From Candidatus Poribacteria bacterium (GTDB taxonomy: Bacteria > Poribacteria > WGA-4E > JAJDTR01), in the NCBI GenBank assembly GCA_965222225.1, contig CBDCTK010000002.1, positions 2,464,001-2,528,000 on the forward strand: DNA of 64,000 nucleotides. Reading direction: 5' to 3'. Both the position numbers and the translations under genes were made by a program. The notes under the pieces are model-generated. The model was not told where the DNA came from, searched no databases, and saw nothing but the letters and a program-made list of their open reading frames with translations. Shown one piece after another: positions 1-10,224 of the stretch. Position 1 is the first letter of the stretch. Every line of letters begins with the position of its first letter.

Positions 1-871
1 ACTGAAAACCCTCACGCCGCGCCAACCTACCCCAAATCGAGCCTTGACCCAATCCCGCCCTTCAGCCGACCGAGTCAAGCAAATCGCGCAGCTAACTCCG
101 CTCGCCTCTCAGTCGCTGAACACGGACGCGAAACTCGATTTGTCCGATACATTGTTTTCAAACCATTCGAGGATGGAACCCCTGTCAGAGGAATTGAGGG
201 GGGCGCCCACCGGCATATTGACCCAATCGGCGCAAGCGCGAGAGGTTGAAATTAAACGCGACTCATCTCAACAGACGGAAAAACAGGCCGAAACAGTGGC
301 TGAAAACGCTCCTCCCGCAAGCCGTGAAGAACAGATTGGCACGGCGCTGGAAGGAATCGCCGAAAGCATCGCGGGCGGGACGAGTTCTTCGCCCGTGGAC
401 ATTGTTTTCCTGCTAGACGCCAGCGGCAGCATGGAGGACAACATCCGCGCCGTGGGAGGGCAGTTCAGGCGCATGGTGGAGGTATTCCAAGAGAAGGAGG
501 TCAACTTCACCTTGGGGATTATTACCTTCAAATATCTCGATCGCGACACCATTGTGTTTCCCCAAACACGGGACTATGCCAAATATGAATATCTGCTTGA
601 GTCGCATGTTATTCAGCGCGGCGGCGATGAAAGAGCGTATGACGCGATTGTAAAGTCAATCCAACGGGTGAAATTCCGCTCCAATGCGGAGCGGCGGTTC
701 ATTCTGGTCACGGACGAAGCCACGAAAGGTTCGTATCCCATCACAGAGGTGTTGAGTCAATGCCGGACAGCGGGCGTCAAGCTGGATGTCATCGGCGTCA
801 ATAGGACGTTGGACAAAGCGTTGGCGGTTCAGACGGGAGGACTGTGGTTTCCGATTCCCGGCGGTGGGTAG
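1..871 (+). CDS. von Willebrand factor A (vWA) domain protein, 5'-truncated by the window edge
   Basis: DIVFLLDASGSM MIDAS motif and ILVTDE; the frame is open back to position 2. Confidence 0.85.
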   Translation, partial: LKTLTPRQPTPNRALTQSRPSADRVKQIAQLTPLASQSLNTDAKLDLSDTLFSNHSRMEPLSEELRGAPTGILTQSAQAREVEIKRDSSQQTEKQAETVAENAPPASREEQIGTALEGIAESIAGGTSSSPVDIVFLLDASGSMEDNIRAVGGQFRRMVEVFQEKEVNFTLGIITFKYLDRDTIVFPQTRDYAKYEYLLESHVIQRGGDERAYDAIVKSIQRVKFRSNAERRFILVTDEATKGSYPITEVLSQCRTAGVKLDVIGVNRTLDKALAVQTGGLWFPIPGGG

Positions 872-897
872 GAATGCGCTCCGAGGAAGGCAGTCCC

Positions 898-1285
898 ATG
901 GACACACCTGCTCTTCAAGAAAGAGGGAAGAATCAACAGAAAAACCTATTGGAAAGGCGTGGCGATTTGCGTTGTCGTCAGCCTATTGCTGTCTATTGCC
1001 ACCTTTTTTGACGATATCCTTCTTTCGCGCGAAAACAGTGCTACTTTCGGCGGATGGCTGCTTGGGTACGCGATGGATATTCTCTCTGTCATGTTCGTGT
1101 TTGTCGTGTTTTCTATCCCTTATGCCTTTATCGGCATCAAACGTGTGCACGACATGGACAATTCGGGGGAATGGATGGCTGTTGCCTATTAATTCGGCGT
1201 GATTGGCTTCATCTACCTAGGTTGCGCAAAAGGAACGCCCGGTTCAAACCGCTTCGACTCACCTCAACCCGAACCCGAAAGCTAA
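898..1285 (+). pseudogene. DUF805-family membrane protein, disrupted
   Basis: LLFKKEGRINRKTYW, IKRVHDMDNSG and GTPGSNRF motifs lie in one frame. There is an in-frame TAA at 1190-1192, and the ATG at 898 is out of frame with the body. Confidence 0.75.
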
Positions 1286-1380
1286 TGAGACTCGTAGAAA
1301 TTCTCACCTACATCGCTATCGGCATTGGAGTAGCACTCGTTCGTGCTTGGTGGCGCGGATGTGAATGGGGATGTGTTTGA
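1285..1380 (+). CDS. putative 31-aa single-TM peptide (MRLVEILTYIAIGIGVALVRAWWRGCEWGCV)
   Basis: ATG overlaps the upstream TAA (TAATG); hydrophobic core. Confidence 0.35.
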   Translation: MRLVEILTYIAIGIGVALVRAWWRGCEWGCV

Positions 1381-1447
1381 TTTGGTATTCATAGCCAACC
1401 AATGAGGATGTTAAGGAAAGGGTAGAGTCTCTAGCGATAGGCAATTC

Positions 1448-1476
1448 TTGACATTCCAGCAAATCTTCGCTAAAAT
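1448..1476 (+). promoter_or_regulatory. sigma70-type promoter
   Basis: TTGACA-17 bp-TAAAAT. Confidence 0.55.
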
Positions 1477-1835
1477 CCACTCAAGAGAAATGGCAGAACA
1501 CCCTCAATACCTTCGCCGATTATCTGAGTTTGAGTTGAATGGATATGTAATGAATACAACCCATTGATCCGTGATGTTCAAAGATTTCATGAATAAAAAT
1601 AGTTTCAGGTTTTTGTGGAAGTCTTTTTAAATCATGTAAATACTTCATCCTACATCAGAGTGCCTTAAGGTCTAAGAGGCTAAACTTAGCGTATTCTAAA
1701 CAGAATGCGGGTACAGGTTAGTCCTCTAATCTATCTACACATTTATAGATGCATCACAGAGTTCATAAGAGTTTGGTTGACTTATGAAGAACCGTCCATT
1801 TTTGGCGAAGGTATTGACCCTAAAAGGACATTCTT

Positions 1836-2708
1836 ATGTATAAAGAACTGGATGGAATCACATCCCCAGAAGATGACGCTGTTTTGTGGCGATATATGAG
1901 TCTTGAAACATTTGCCAATATCTTAGCAACACAATCCTTGTTTTTCACAAGAGCTGATAATTTTGATGACAAGTTTGAAGGACATATACCTAGACAAATA
2001 ATGTCAATTTACAAATCTGTCACCGGTATTTATGAAAAAAAGAATTTACCTGAAGTCCCAGAAGGTTCGACACTAGAATTTGCTTATGGTTTACGCAAAC
2101 ATGTCATGTGTAACTGCTGGTATCAGGCGGAACAAGAGTCAATGGCAATGTGGGATAAATATCACATGCGTAACAGCGGCATAGCCATCAAAACGACTAC
2201 GGAAAATCTGAAGAACAGTTTGCCGGACAGATTTGATGTTTTTATTGGTGCAATACAATACCTTGAGGACCACAATAAAATTGGTGTGCTTGAAAATGTA
2301 TCAATACCGAACTTAGTGCATTACCCTTATTTCTATAAGAGAAAATCTTTTGAACATGAGCATGAAGTGCGTGTGCTTATTGAGGTTGAATCACTTCTAC
2401 GCAATTATTTCAGTGATCAGGGTGTCAGCAAGATTCCTTTTGAACGAGAACTCTACAAAATCGGTATGCCCATTGAAATTTCTGTTGAAACCTTAATTGG
2501 TGAAAATGGTGGGCTCAGCATATCACCATATGCTGAGCAATGGGTTATAGATACAGTCGCATCAATAGTTGGGCAATATGGATTCCAGTTTTCTGTCAAC
2601 CGATCAAGGCTTTCAGACGAACCCGGGCAGGAATTAAAATATCTTCAGGAGAAGTACGGAATTAGAGACGAGATCATAGATTATTTCATAACTACTATGT
2701 TTAATTGA
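1836..2708 (+). CDS. DUF2971-like hypothetical protein (AT-rich)
   Basis: WRYMS, FDDKFEG, CNCW..ESMAMW..Y and KRKSFEHEHEVR motifs. The frame stays open for 43 codons past the TGA, to 2840. Confidence 0.65.
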   Translation: MYKELDGITSPEDDAVLWRYMSLETFANILATQSLFFTRADNFDDKFEGHIPRQIMSIYKSVTGIYEKKNLPEVPEGSTLEFAYGLRKHVMCNCWYQAEQESMAMWDKYHMRNSGIAIKTTTENLKNSLPDRFDVFIGAIQYLEDHNKIGVLENVSIPNLVHYPYFYKRKSFEHEHEVRVLIEVESLLRNYFSDQGVSKIPFERELYKIGMPIEISVETLIGENGGLSISPYAEQWVIDTVASIVGQYGFQFSVNRSRLSDEPGQELKYLQEKYGIRDEIIDYFITTMFN

Positions 2709-3222
2709 GACAAAAAATTTGAGCAGAAAACTGAACAAGAATGGGAGTTGTGGAGGGAAGCAATGACGGTATTCGCTCAACTTACTGATCGAGACAAAAA
2801 TCTAATTAGGACTTACCAGTACCATGACCTTGTATGGTAAAGTATCCGTTTTGTGGAAGCACTCTGACAAAAAAAGTTGCGAGAATGCCCGAAACGGCTT
2901 TTTGAGGCGGGGTTGCCGCGGTTGGCAAAATGTGCGATAGTTGCACATGTGCAGCAGAAAATTCTACACACCTTCCGCCCCGCTGGGGCTATGTCTTTTC
3001 TCAAGGCGTGCGTAAAATGGTAGTCAGCCGTCAGTGAGAAAATCTTGTAATACCTAACCCCCTAAATCCCCTTTATCAGGGGGGTAAGATGTAAGATGTC
3101 GGGAATCGGAGTTCCCTCCTACTGATAAAGGCAGTGGTCAGTAGAACCCTAGCAACGAATTGCCGAAGCCGATTGAGCACGTGAATAGTTAAGAAGGATT
3201 TTCTATGGAAATTCTACCGCAC

Positions 3223-3305
3223 GGGACTTACTATCGCACGCCTTAATCAGTCAGTTGACCGCTCCCTATAGGATCTACTATGGCCCTCGCTGTTCACTCG
3301 GTTGA
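3223..3305 (+). mobile_element. two 36-bp hairpin micro-elements (3223-3258, 3270-3305)
   Basis: Both match the consensus. The second splits the last sense codon of the Kelch gene; removing it gives ...HWE-TAG. Confidence 0.8.
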
Positions 3306-4689
3306 TCCCAATGGATCGTCCCGATTTGCAGGACGTTCTCGGTGTGTGCGTTGTACCCGTGTGTCGGCTCGCCTCCAAAGCCGTAGAGGCGCCCGGTGTG
3401 ATGAATCCAAGGCGCCGTCGCCACGCCGTACGCCAAGACACCGATGCGCGAGTAGTTGTCCTGCTCAATGTAGTAACAGAGGATCATATCCCCGTAGCCG
3501 CGCCACACCGGTGCATCGTTGTTGATAGTCTTTCCCCGGCGGCGGGTACGGACGTCCGCACTGCCCATCAACAGGATGTAGCGTTCGTCAAGAGTGACCG
3601 CGTCGCCGCTGAGCATCGGGAACGGCAGGTTTCGCAATGACGTCCATTCGTCCGTTTCGGGATCGTACCGATAGGCATCGCGGTAGTTCGGCACCCCATT
3701 GTAGGGCACCTCGATGCCATACTTCCCGGGAAGTGTATGCGCCAAAGACCGCAGCACAGGGTCCGGATGCGAACCACCGAACACATACAAACCATCGCCA
3801 GCCGCCCCAAGAGTCACGAGTGCACGGGGACCGCCCGGATAAGGCGCCATCGGTTCCCACTCGGCGCTCGGATCGTCAAGTCGGAGCTTCCAGTCTTGAA
3901 GTTGGGGAGCGTCTCTCGTTTCGGATGGTTTGCCGGCAGGGGTGCCTGCAACCAGACAGAGCCACCTCCCCGAAACGACTCCGCAGCCGGCGAGCCATCT
4001 GCCCGCGGTTTCGGACGATGGCAGCGGAACCAGAGCCGTCCACTTCCAGTCTTCACCATGCCGCGTTAGCTTCCACACCTGTCTCCCGGACCCGCGGCCG
4101 CCCACGACGTACATGCCGGAATCGTCGTAAGTGCCTTGGGTGTATTGGGTCTAAACCGGACAAGGCGGCAGTTCGGTGTATGCATCGGTCTGTGTGTCAT
4201 ACGCGTAGGCAACGTTCAGCCGATCGGGCATCCACATGCCCGCAGCGAGAACGATGGTGTCACCGAAACTGCCTACAACCCCTCCTTTCCACGCTACCGG
4301 CAGGTTGGCGCCGGTTGACCATTCAAGTTTTAGCGGCGGCAGATCGAGGACACCTTCGTATTCGCGGCTGAAGGGGATTCGTTCATAAACCCGATTCAGT
4401 TCACGTCATCGTCGCGCCATTCCGTGGCAGTGGTCTTAGTGTTTCTATGCATAATGAGCTCCTCATTCGCTGATACATCTTGGACATCTTCAATTGCAAT
4501 ACCCTTAGATGGCACTCTAATCTCTCGATTATCGGCGGATAGATCATGAACCTCTAAGGTATCCTGCGCTTGAGCGTACCCGGATATCACGAGACCTATC
4601 AACACAACAAACGTAGTGAGCAACATGGTAAGGGAGATGCGACTTTCTCTCACGGCGTCATCCGATTTCGTGTTTTTCTTGCTTTTCAT
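3266..4689 (-). pseudogene. secreted Kelch-repeat beta-propeller protein, disrupted
   Basis: Kelch repeats (LYVFGG, YRYDPETDEW) continue upstream of 4114 through an in-frame TAG at 4151-4153. A frameshift near 4403 joins this to the signal-peptide ORF 4396-4689. Confidence 0.7.
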
Positions 4690-5545
4690 GAGGCTTTGGA
4701 CGGCTTCGGCCCAAAAGGTTCAGCAGCCGATCGCTGGCAGTTTGCAGTGCATTTTCGGGAACGGGAACGCTATTGCATAAACTAAAGCGCCAGTATGCCC
4801 ATTGGGCGGCGTACTGTGATTGTAAAATATAGCGAGTGTCGTTGGACCGATTGGGCGCTCCTCGGTGCCAGCATTGGGGGTCTTGCAGGTAGATGTCGCC
4901 GGCTTTGCAGAAAACCGACACGGGACCGCGGCCTTCAAACTCCGGGCGGTCTTGATCGTTCGGATTGCGGCCAGAATAATGGCTGCCGGGGACGTATTGC
5001 GTTGGCCCCTGCTCAATTGAGATGATGTCAGTCAGTGCCATCTGGACGGTAAACCACATGACCGGCATCGGAATCCGCGGGTCATGGCGAGGGACGTTGT
5101 CGGGTACAGGAAAATGAACCTGCCCGTCAACATGCCATCGTTCAATTGCCACTCCGGGAAGATTCCGTAGGACATTCTGCCCACAGAACTTGCAGTCTTG
5201 CCCCACCACCGCTTCGGCTATACTAAGAATCGGCTCCCGAAGGAGCATATCCCGAAAGATTGGGTCGAGTTCGATTGTATTTCTCAAAATAAACGGGAGT
5301 TCTTCCTCTGATTCCTCATGTTTTCCCAACTGGATGTATCTCGTGTCGGCGAGTTCCGGATTGGTTCTGTTGAAGAGGGCAGGGTCGGCAAAAAGTTCGT
5401 CGGTTTTGGCGCGTAGGGCGTTGACTTCTTCGGAGGTCAGCACGCCGGGAATGTACGCGAAACCATCACGATACAACTGTTCAACAGCCCCTTGCGTTTT
5501 TTCCTCGCTGAATGGCTCGGCAGAAATGATTGGACTGGTGTTCAT
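4658..5545 (-). CDS. phytanoyl-CoA dioxygenase (PhyH) family Fe(II)/2-oxoglutarate oxygenase
   Basis: YRDGF..IPGVLT, WHVD (HxD), GPTQYVPGSH, WHRGAPNRS. Confidence 0.9.
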   Translation of the reverse strand: MNTSPIISAEPFSEEKTQGAVEQLYRDGFAYIPGVLTSEEVNALRAKTDELFADPALFNRTNPELADTRYIQLGKHEESEEELPFILRNTIELDPIFRDMLLREPILSIAEAVVGQDCKFCGQNVLRNLPGVAIERWHVDGQVHFPVPDNVPRHDPRIPMPVMWFTVQMALTDIISIEQGPTQYVPGSHYSGRNPNDQDRPEFEGRGPVSVFCKAGDIYLQDPQCWHRGAPNRSNDTRYILQSQYAAQWAYWRFSLCNSVPVPENALQTASDRLLNLLGRSRPKPHEKQEKHEIG

Positions 5546-5570
5546 GATCCTCCTTTCTAGATTAATACTA

Positions 5571-5714
5571 ATACCATTGCTTTAGAATGATAGTGCATCA
5601 GTGGGGTGAATTAAAGTCGCGATTCGGAGATCGCTCCTACCAAGTGCTAAACTACGCAAGTCCGAAGAAATTAGTTATTCCATTCTATGCACAATTATTC
5701 AAACGAAATGGTAT
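5571..5714. mobile_element. MITE family A copy
   Basis: ATACCATT...AATGGTAT terminal inverted repeats flanked by TA on both sides; contains a GTAG-type palindrome at 5616-5640. Confidence 0.6.
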
Positions 5715-6002
5715 TAGGTGGTCTTGGACATCTGGAGTGCCGCCGTCTCATTAGACGCTTTCCGTGTTTCTCCCGTTGTCCATGATCGAGATGACAGTGT
5801 GTGCTCACATGGGTTAAGAATGGCTAAGACATTCTCGCCCGAGGGAATCAGTTGCCGGAAACGACCACTGTATTTCTCTTCGGTTGAAATAATTCGGAAC
5901 CCCCGGAATGGGAATTCCATTGATCGTCTGTAGCCCAAACCGACGATAGAATTTTACATTTTTCGGACAGTCAGTCTCTACGCAGCAGCGACCGGATGTC
6001 CT

Positions 6003-7307
6003 TTATTCACGGACCTTCTTCTGCCAAGGGACTGCTCCGGCTTGCCGAATGTGCGCTTGCATGAGGCGGCAGAGATCTTTCATGTCCGTATCGTTTGTCT
6101 GTGAAAGGTCCGTAGTTTCCCGTTCGTCTTCAGCCAGGTCAAACAACTCTAGGGGAGAGAAAGCGTCGTTGTGCAGCAATTTCATGTCGCCCTTGCGCAC
6201 CGCATGATAGTCGTTGCCGACATAGCGGCGTTGCAAAGACCATCCTTCGCGTCGCACCCAGTAGTAAACGCGGTCTGAGAAGTCGACCTCACTTCCGAGA
6301 AACAGAGGTAGGATGGACCGACCTTCAATCGCATGGGTCACTTCAAGGCGGGCGATCTCGCAAATCGTTGGGAAGAAGTCCATTAGCATAACAATTTGAT
6401 CGGACTCGCAATCAGGTTTGATATGGTCTGGCCATTGAACGAAGCAGGGAACGCGGATGCCGCCTTCGTACATGTCGGTCTTACCGCCCCGGAAGGGATT
6501 GTTACAGGCGCCCGCGGGCAACCATCCCCCGTTGTCCGACGTGTAGATCACGATCGTGTTCTCCACCAGTCCGGTTTCGTCCAGTGCTGCCAATACGCGC
6601 CCCACTCCGTCATCCAGGTGCTCGACCAGCGCATTGTAGCGGACGCGTTTCTCGTCGAGATCCGGTTCCCGCGCCCTGACGGTTTCCACCCATTCCTCCG
6701 GTGGTTGAATGGGCGTATGAGGCGCATTATAGGCAAGATACATAAAGAACGGCCTTTCTGCTTCTTCCCGATCTCGGATGCGGTCAATCGCCCAGTCGGT
6801 GAATAAATCGGTGGCGTGTCCTTCCAGGTCGATAACCTCCCGGTTGTGGCGCATGCCATTCTTTCCCATGCGCCGATGCGTCCAGTAGTCGTCCATCATG
6901 TCGTCAATGAATCCGTGGAACTCGTCGAATCCGCGTTCGCACGGATGGTTTTCATCTTCCAGCCCCAGGTGCCATTTGCCGATATGAAGCGTTTCATATC
7001 CTGCCCTACGCAGCATATCGGGCAGCGTGATGGCATTGGGGTCGAAATAGCCCCAGCTATCCTCCACCGTCTGGCGAATCACGCCCGGCACACCGACCCG
7101 GTCCGGGTAACGTCCGGTCAGCAATGATGCACGGCTGGGGGAACAAACAGTCGAGTTAGCGTAAAACCGATTGAACCGGATACCGTGCGAGCCGATGGCA
7201 TCAATGTGGGGAGTTTGAACACCAGGACCGTTGTTGGCGGAGATGTCACCATAGCCGTGATCATCAGCGAGTATAAAAACGATGTTCGGATTTGTATCGT
7301 CGCACAT
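6003..7307 (-). CDS. formylglycine-dependent sulfatase (S1, arylsulfatase-like)
   Basis: NIVFILADDHG, CSPSRASLLTGR, GKWHLG, YTSDNG. Confidence 0.95.
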   Translation of the reverse strand: MCDDTNPNIVFILADDHGYGDISANNGPGVQTPHIDAIGSHGIRFNRFYANSTVCSPSRASLLTGRYPDRVGVPGVIRQTVEDSWGYFDPNAITLPDMLRRAGYETLHIGKWHLGLEDENHPCERGFDEFHGFIDDMMDDYWTHRRMGKNGMRHNREVIDLEGHATDLFTDWAIDRIRDREEAERPFFMYLAYNAPHTPIQPPEEWVETVRAREPDLDEKRVRYNALVEHLDDGVGRVLAALDETGLVENTIVIYTSDNGGWLPAGACNNPFRGGKTDMYEGGIRVPCFVQWPDHIKPDCESDQIVMLMDFFPTICEIARLEVTHAIEGRSILPLFLGSEVDFSDRVYYWVRREGWSLQRRYVGNDYHAVRKGDMKLLHNDAFSPLELFDLAEDERETTDLSQTNDTDMKDLCRLMQAHIRQAGAVPWQKKVRE

Positions 7308-7494
7308 TTTCTATCCTTTCCGTCACGATTGCGGAACGATCTGCCGATAGCGATAAGCTGCATCAGCCGGCGTTGGTTGTTGGCTTCATCGGCTTCTAGT
7401 TTACACCATTTCGTTTGAATAACAGTGCATAGAGTGAAACAACTATTTCGTTAGGACTTGCGCGGTTACGCGGTGTAGCACCCAGTAGGAGCGA

Positions 7495-7551
7495 TCAAGG
7501 GAATGGATAGCGAGTAGGATTTACTATCGCCTTCGCTGTCCGCTCCTTTGA
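7495..7551. mobile_element. 36-bp micro-element (7516-7551, +) next to a half copy (7495-7515, -)
   Basis: Consensus match; sits in a GTAGGAGCGA|TC REP-like sequence. Confidence 0.7.
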
Positions 7552-7766
7552 TCCTTCGCCCGTTCAACATCTCTCTGCTGTTTCGACTTGGTACCGCCGC
7601 AAAGCAACAGAATCGTAGAGGCATATCCTCTTTACGCAACACCTAGCCCGGATTTAGAAGACCATTTTAACCTATACATAACCTCAACCGCAACGGTGTT
7701 ACCAACATCTCCGATTCCATCTCCGCAGTAAACTAACCCGATTCGGAATTCTTGGTTCCTCAAAAC

Positions 7767-7795
7767 TTGACAAACTTTGGATTTCTTGATATAAT
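7767..7795 (+). promoter_or_regulatory. consensus sigma70 promoter of the tRNA pair
   Basis: TTGACA-17 bp-TATAAT, 18 bp upstream of tRNA-Gln. Confidence 0.85.
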
Positions 7796-7813
7796 GAAAT
7801 CAACATGAGATGT

Positions 7814-7887
7814 TGCCCGGTCGTCTAATGGTAGGACGCATGGCTCTGGACCATGTTGCGAAGGTTCGAGTCCTTCCCGGGCAGCCA
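7814..7887 (+). tRNA. tRNA-Gln (CTG)
   Basis: Acceptor stem TGCCCGG/CCGGGCA, anticodon arm CATGG-CT-CTG-GA-CCATG, GGTTCGAGTCC T-arm, encoded CCA. Confidence 0.95.
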
Positions 7888-7891
7888 ATCG

Positions 7892-7963
7892 GGCGCTATC
7901 GTCTAGGGGTTAGGACGGGTGGTTCTCAGCCATCAAACCGGGGTTCGATTCCCCGTAGCGCTA
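7892..7963 (+). tRNA. tRNA-Glu (CTC)
   Basis: Acceptor stem GGCGCTA/TAGCGCT, anticodon arm GGTGG-TT-CTC-AG-CCATC, GGTTCGATTCC T-arm; CCA not encoded. Confidence 0.93.
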
Positions 7964-8213
7964 TTGTCTCTTGTGCGGGTTTGATACTCGACATCTACAA
8001 ATTTGAACGCCCTAAACGGGGTGGATACAGACTAAAAGCACCTAGCTATTCCTAGGTGCTTTTTTTATTGATCGTTTTCTGCTGTCGTCCGGGGTGTTTG
8101 ATGCCAGGGGAAACGCATCTAATTTTTCGGCGAAAATCGCCATATCCCCTATGTCCGCCTCTTGCTCTCTCCATTGTATGTCAGGTCTGGAGCGAGATAG
8201 CGGGAATCTCTAT

Positions 8214-8284
8214 GGGTGTTGTATCAAGATTTACTATCGCCTTCCTTATCCAGTCAGTTGATCCCTCGTTATCCACTCGCTTGA
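8214..8284 (+). mobile_element. nested micro-elements (36-bp copy 8226-8261 inside a 35-bp copy)
   Basis: Removing the inner copy rebuilds a 35-bp consensus-like copy. Confidence 0.75.
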
Positions 8285-8333
8285 TTTCTACAATCAGATG
8301 CGTTTCCCCTGATTTTAACGGTTACATCCCTTG

Positions 8334-8362
8334 TTGACGTCATCAAATAGTCATGATACAAT
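8334..8362 (+). promoter_or_regulatory. sigma70-type promoter with extended -10
   Basis: TTGACG-17 bp-TACAAT, with TGn before the -10 box. Confidence 0.55.
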
Positions 8363-8436
8363 GGGCTTTCGTTAATCGACCAACGCCGCCACAGAAGATG
8401 CCACATTTTCATTCTTGCGTCGAAAGGAGCGTTCTC

Positions 8437-9993
8437 ATGCAAACGCTACGAATTCTCTTCGTTTGTTTACTCCTCGGAATTGGACCGGTGACAGTCATTC
8501 TTGCAAGAGAAGTCAAGATTCTCGACATGGACGGGAAGCTAGGGGATACGTTCGGTTACGTCTCCATTAGCGGGGACACCGCCATCGTTGGGGCAAAGGG
8601 TAACGATGACCCAGTTCAGAATGGTGGTGCGGCCCATATCTTCGTACGCAGCAACGGCGAGGACAATTGGGTACACCATAAAAAACTCGCGCCCCCAGAC
8701 GTTAATAATGAGAGCCAGTTCGGAAAGGCTGTTGGCATCAGCGGAAAGTACGCCATCGGGGGGGCTTTGGAGGACGATTTCAAATTCCAGAATGCGGGCT
8801 CGGCTTATATCTATGAACGTACTGGGAAAAGCTGGCCACAGCGGGAAAAACTCACCGCCAGCGATGCTGCTGGAGGGGACGAATTCGGAACGTCTGTCGC
8901 TATCAGCGGGGACACCGCCATCGTTGGGGCACCGCGGCACGATGGAAATAACGGAAAAGATTCAGGGTCGGTCTATGTTTTCGTAAACATCGGCCGGCGT
9001 TGGAAAGAACAAGCAACCTTTACCGCCAGCGATGTAAGCGCAGGTGACCAGCTCGGAACGTCCGTGGCTATTAGCAGGGACACTGTCATCGTCGGGGCTC
9101 CCGGTAAAGCTGATGCCGGAAGGGAGTCAGGCGCGGCCTATATCTTCGTGCGCAACGGGGAAAAGTGGAATCAGCAGGCAAAACTTACCGCCAGCGATAC
9201 GGCTCAGAGGGACAAATTCGGCATCTCCGTCGCCATCAACAGAAACACCGTCATCGTTGGCGCTCTCGGCAAGGCCGACGCCGGGGCTTCTTCAGGCGCG
9301 GCCTACATCTTCGTGCGCAACGGGGAGAAGTGGAATCAGCAGGCGAAACTTACCGCCGCTGACGGGGCACAACTTGATAAGTTCGGCATCTCCGTCTCAA
9401 TTTTCCATAACACCGCCATCGTTGGGGCTAGTGGGGCAGATGATGGTGAAAAAAATGCTGGCGCAGCGTATTCTTTTCAGCGTACTGGCACATCCTGGGA
9501 GCAGAGGGCAAAGATCGTTCCCAGCGACGCGACAGAAAGTGACCAGTTCGGCATTTCCGTCGCAATTGGGGGGGAATTCGTCATCGTCGGGACTACGGGG
9601 CGTGACACATTTAAGGGCGTGGCATATATCTATCGGTCCATAGAAGATTTTCACCCGGTTGATCCATCTGGGCTGACAGTGACCACGTTGGGACAGGTCA
9701 AGCGGACCGCGCTATATCAAAACTTCCCCAATCCGTTCAATCCCGAGACCTGGTTGCCGTATCGCATAGCTTCCGCTGCACAAGTCACTCTTCGCATCTA
9801 CAATGTCCAGGGGCAGTTTGTCCGTGAGTTGGATCCTGGGCTGCAACAACCGGGAGGGTATTTGAGCAGGGAAACCGCTGCCTATTGGGATGGCACAGAC
9901 CAATTCGGAGACGCCGTTTCCAGTGGTGTCTATTTCTACACGCTCCAAGCCAACACGTTCGAAGCGACCCGGAGAATGGTCATTCTGAAATAG
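8437..9993 (+). CDS. secreted FG-GAP repeat protein with C-terminal FlgD/T9SS-like Ig domain
   Basis: AAAGGAG RBS, signal peptide, about seven FGxSVAISGDTAIVGA repeats, NFPNPFNPETWLPY...SGVYFY tail. Confidence 0.85.
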   Translation: MQTLRILFVCLLLGIGPVTVILAREVKILDMDGKLGDTFGYVSISGDTAIVGAKGNDDPVQNGGAAHIFVRSNGEDNWVHHKKLAPPDVNNESQFGKAVGISGKYAIGGALEDDFKFQNAGSAYIYERTGKSWPQREKLTASDAAGGDEFGTSVAISGDTAIVGAPRHDGNNGKDSGSVYVFVNIGRRWKEQATFTASDVSAGDQLGTSVAISRDTVIVGAPGKADAGRESGAAYIFVRNGEKWNQQAKLTASDTAQRDKFGISVAINRNTVIVGALGKADAGASSGAAYIFVRNGEKWNQQAKLTAADGAQLDKFGISVSIFHNTAIVGASGADDGEKNAGAAYSFQRTGTSWEQRAKIVPSDATESDQFGISVAIGGEFVIVGTTGRDTFKGVAYIYRSIEDFHPVDPSGLTVTTLGQVKRTALYQNFPNPFNPETWLPYRIASAAQVTLRIYNVQGQFVRELDPGLQQPGGYLSRETAAYWDGTDQFGDAVSSGVYFYTLQANTFEATRRMVILK

Positions 9994-10091
9994 TATCAAA
10001 TGACCAGATGATGGCAGGAACACTGACCTAGATTGATTCCAGCCATCACAATTGAACTCGGCGAGCGTTTCCACCATCTAGCCAATGTTAA

Positions 10092-10220
10092 GAGCCTGTT
10101 TGAATAATCCAAATTCGTCTCTGAGAGTTGCCATTTTACGGGTAAATACTTTCAAAATAGCGTGACTTTGCCCATAAAATGACAAGAAATGACAGTCCCA
10201 CCTACTTTTCAACCAGGCTC
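10092..10220. mobile_element. IS5-like MITE
   Basis: GAGCCTGTTTGAA / TTCAACCAGGCTC terminal inverted repeats flanked by TAA on both sides. Confidence 0.55.
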
Positions 10221-10224
10221 TAAA

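Noticed and set aside
1190-4153. Stop-codon reassignment, selenocysteine or pyrrolysine
   Set aside because: Three different stop codons are involved, frameshifts occur in the same genes, and all three stops end normal genes elsewhere in the window.
5714-5990. Short ORFs, possibly a GNAT remnant (VKFYRRFG)
   Set aside because: Too short and degenerate to call.
7814-7963. tRNA 3' end as a prophage or island attachment site
   Set aside because: No integrase or phage genes, and I saw no duplicated tRNA 3' end in the window.
9131-9405. Near-identical nucleotide repeat with 165-bp period as a DGR template/variable pair
   Set aside because: It is an in-frame FG-GAP repeat duplication with mostly synonymous differences, and no reverse transcriptase is present.
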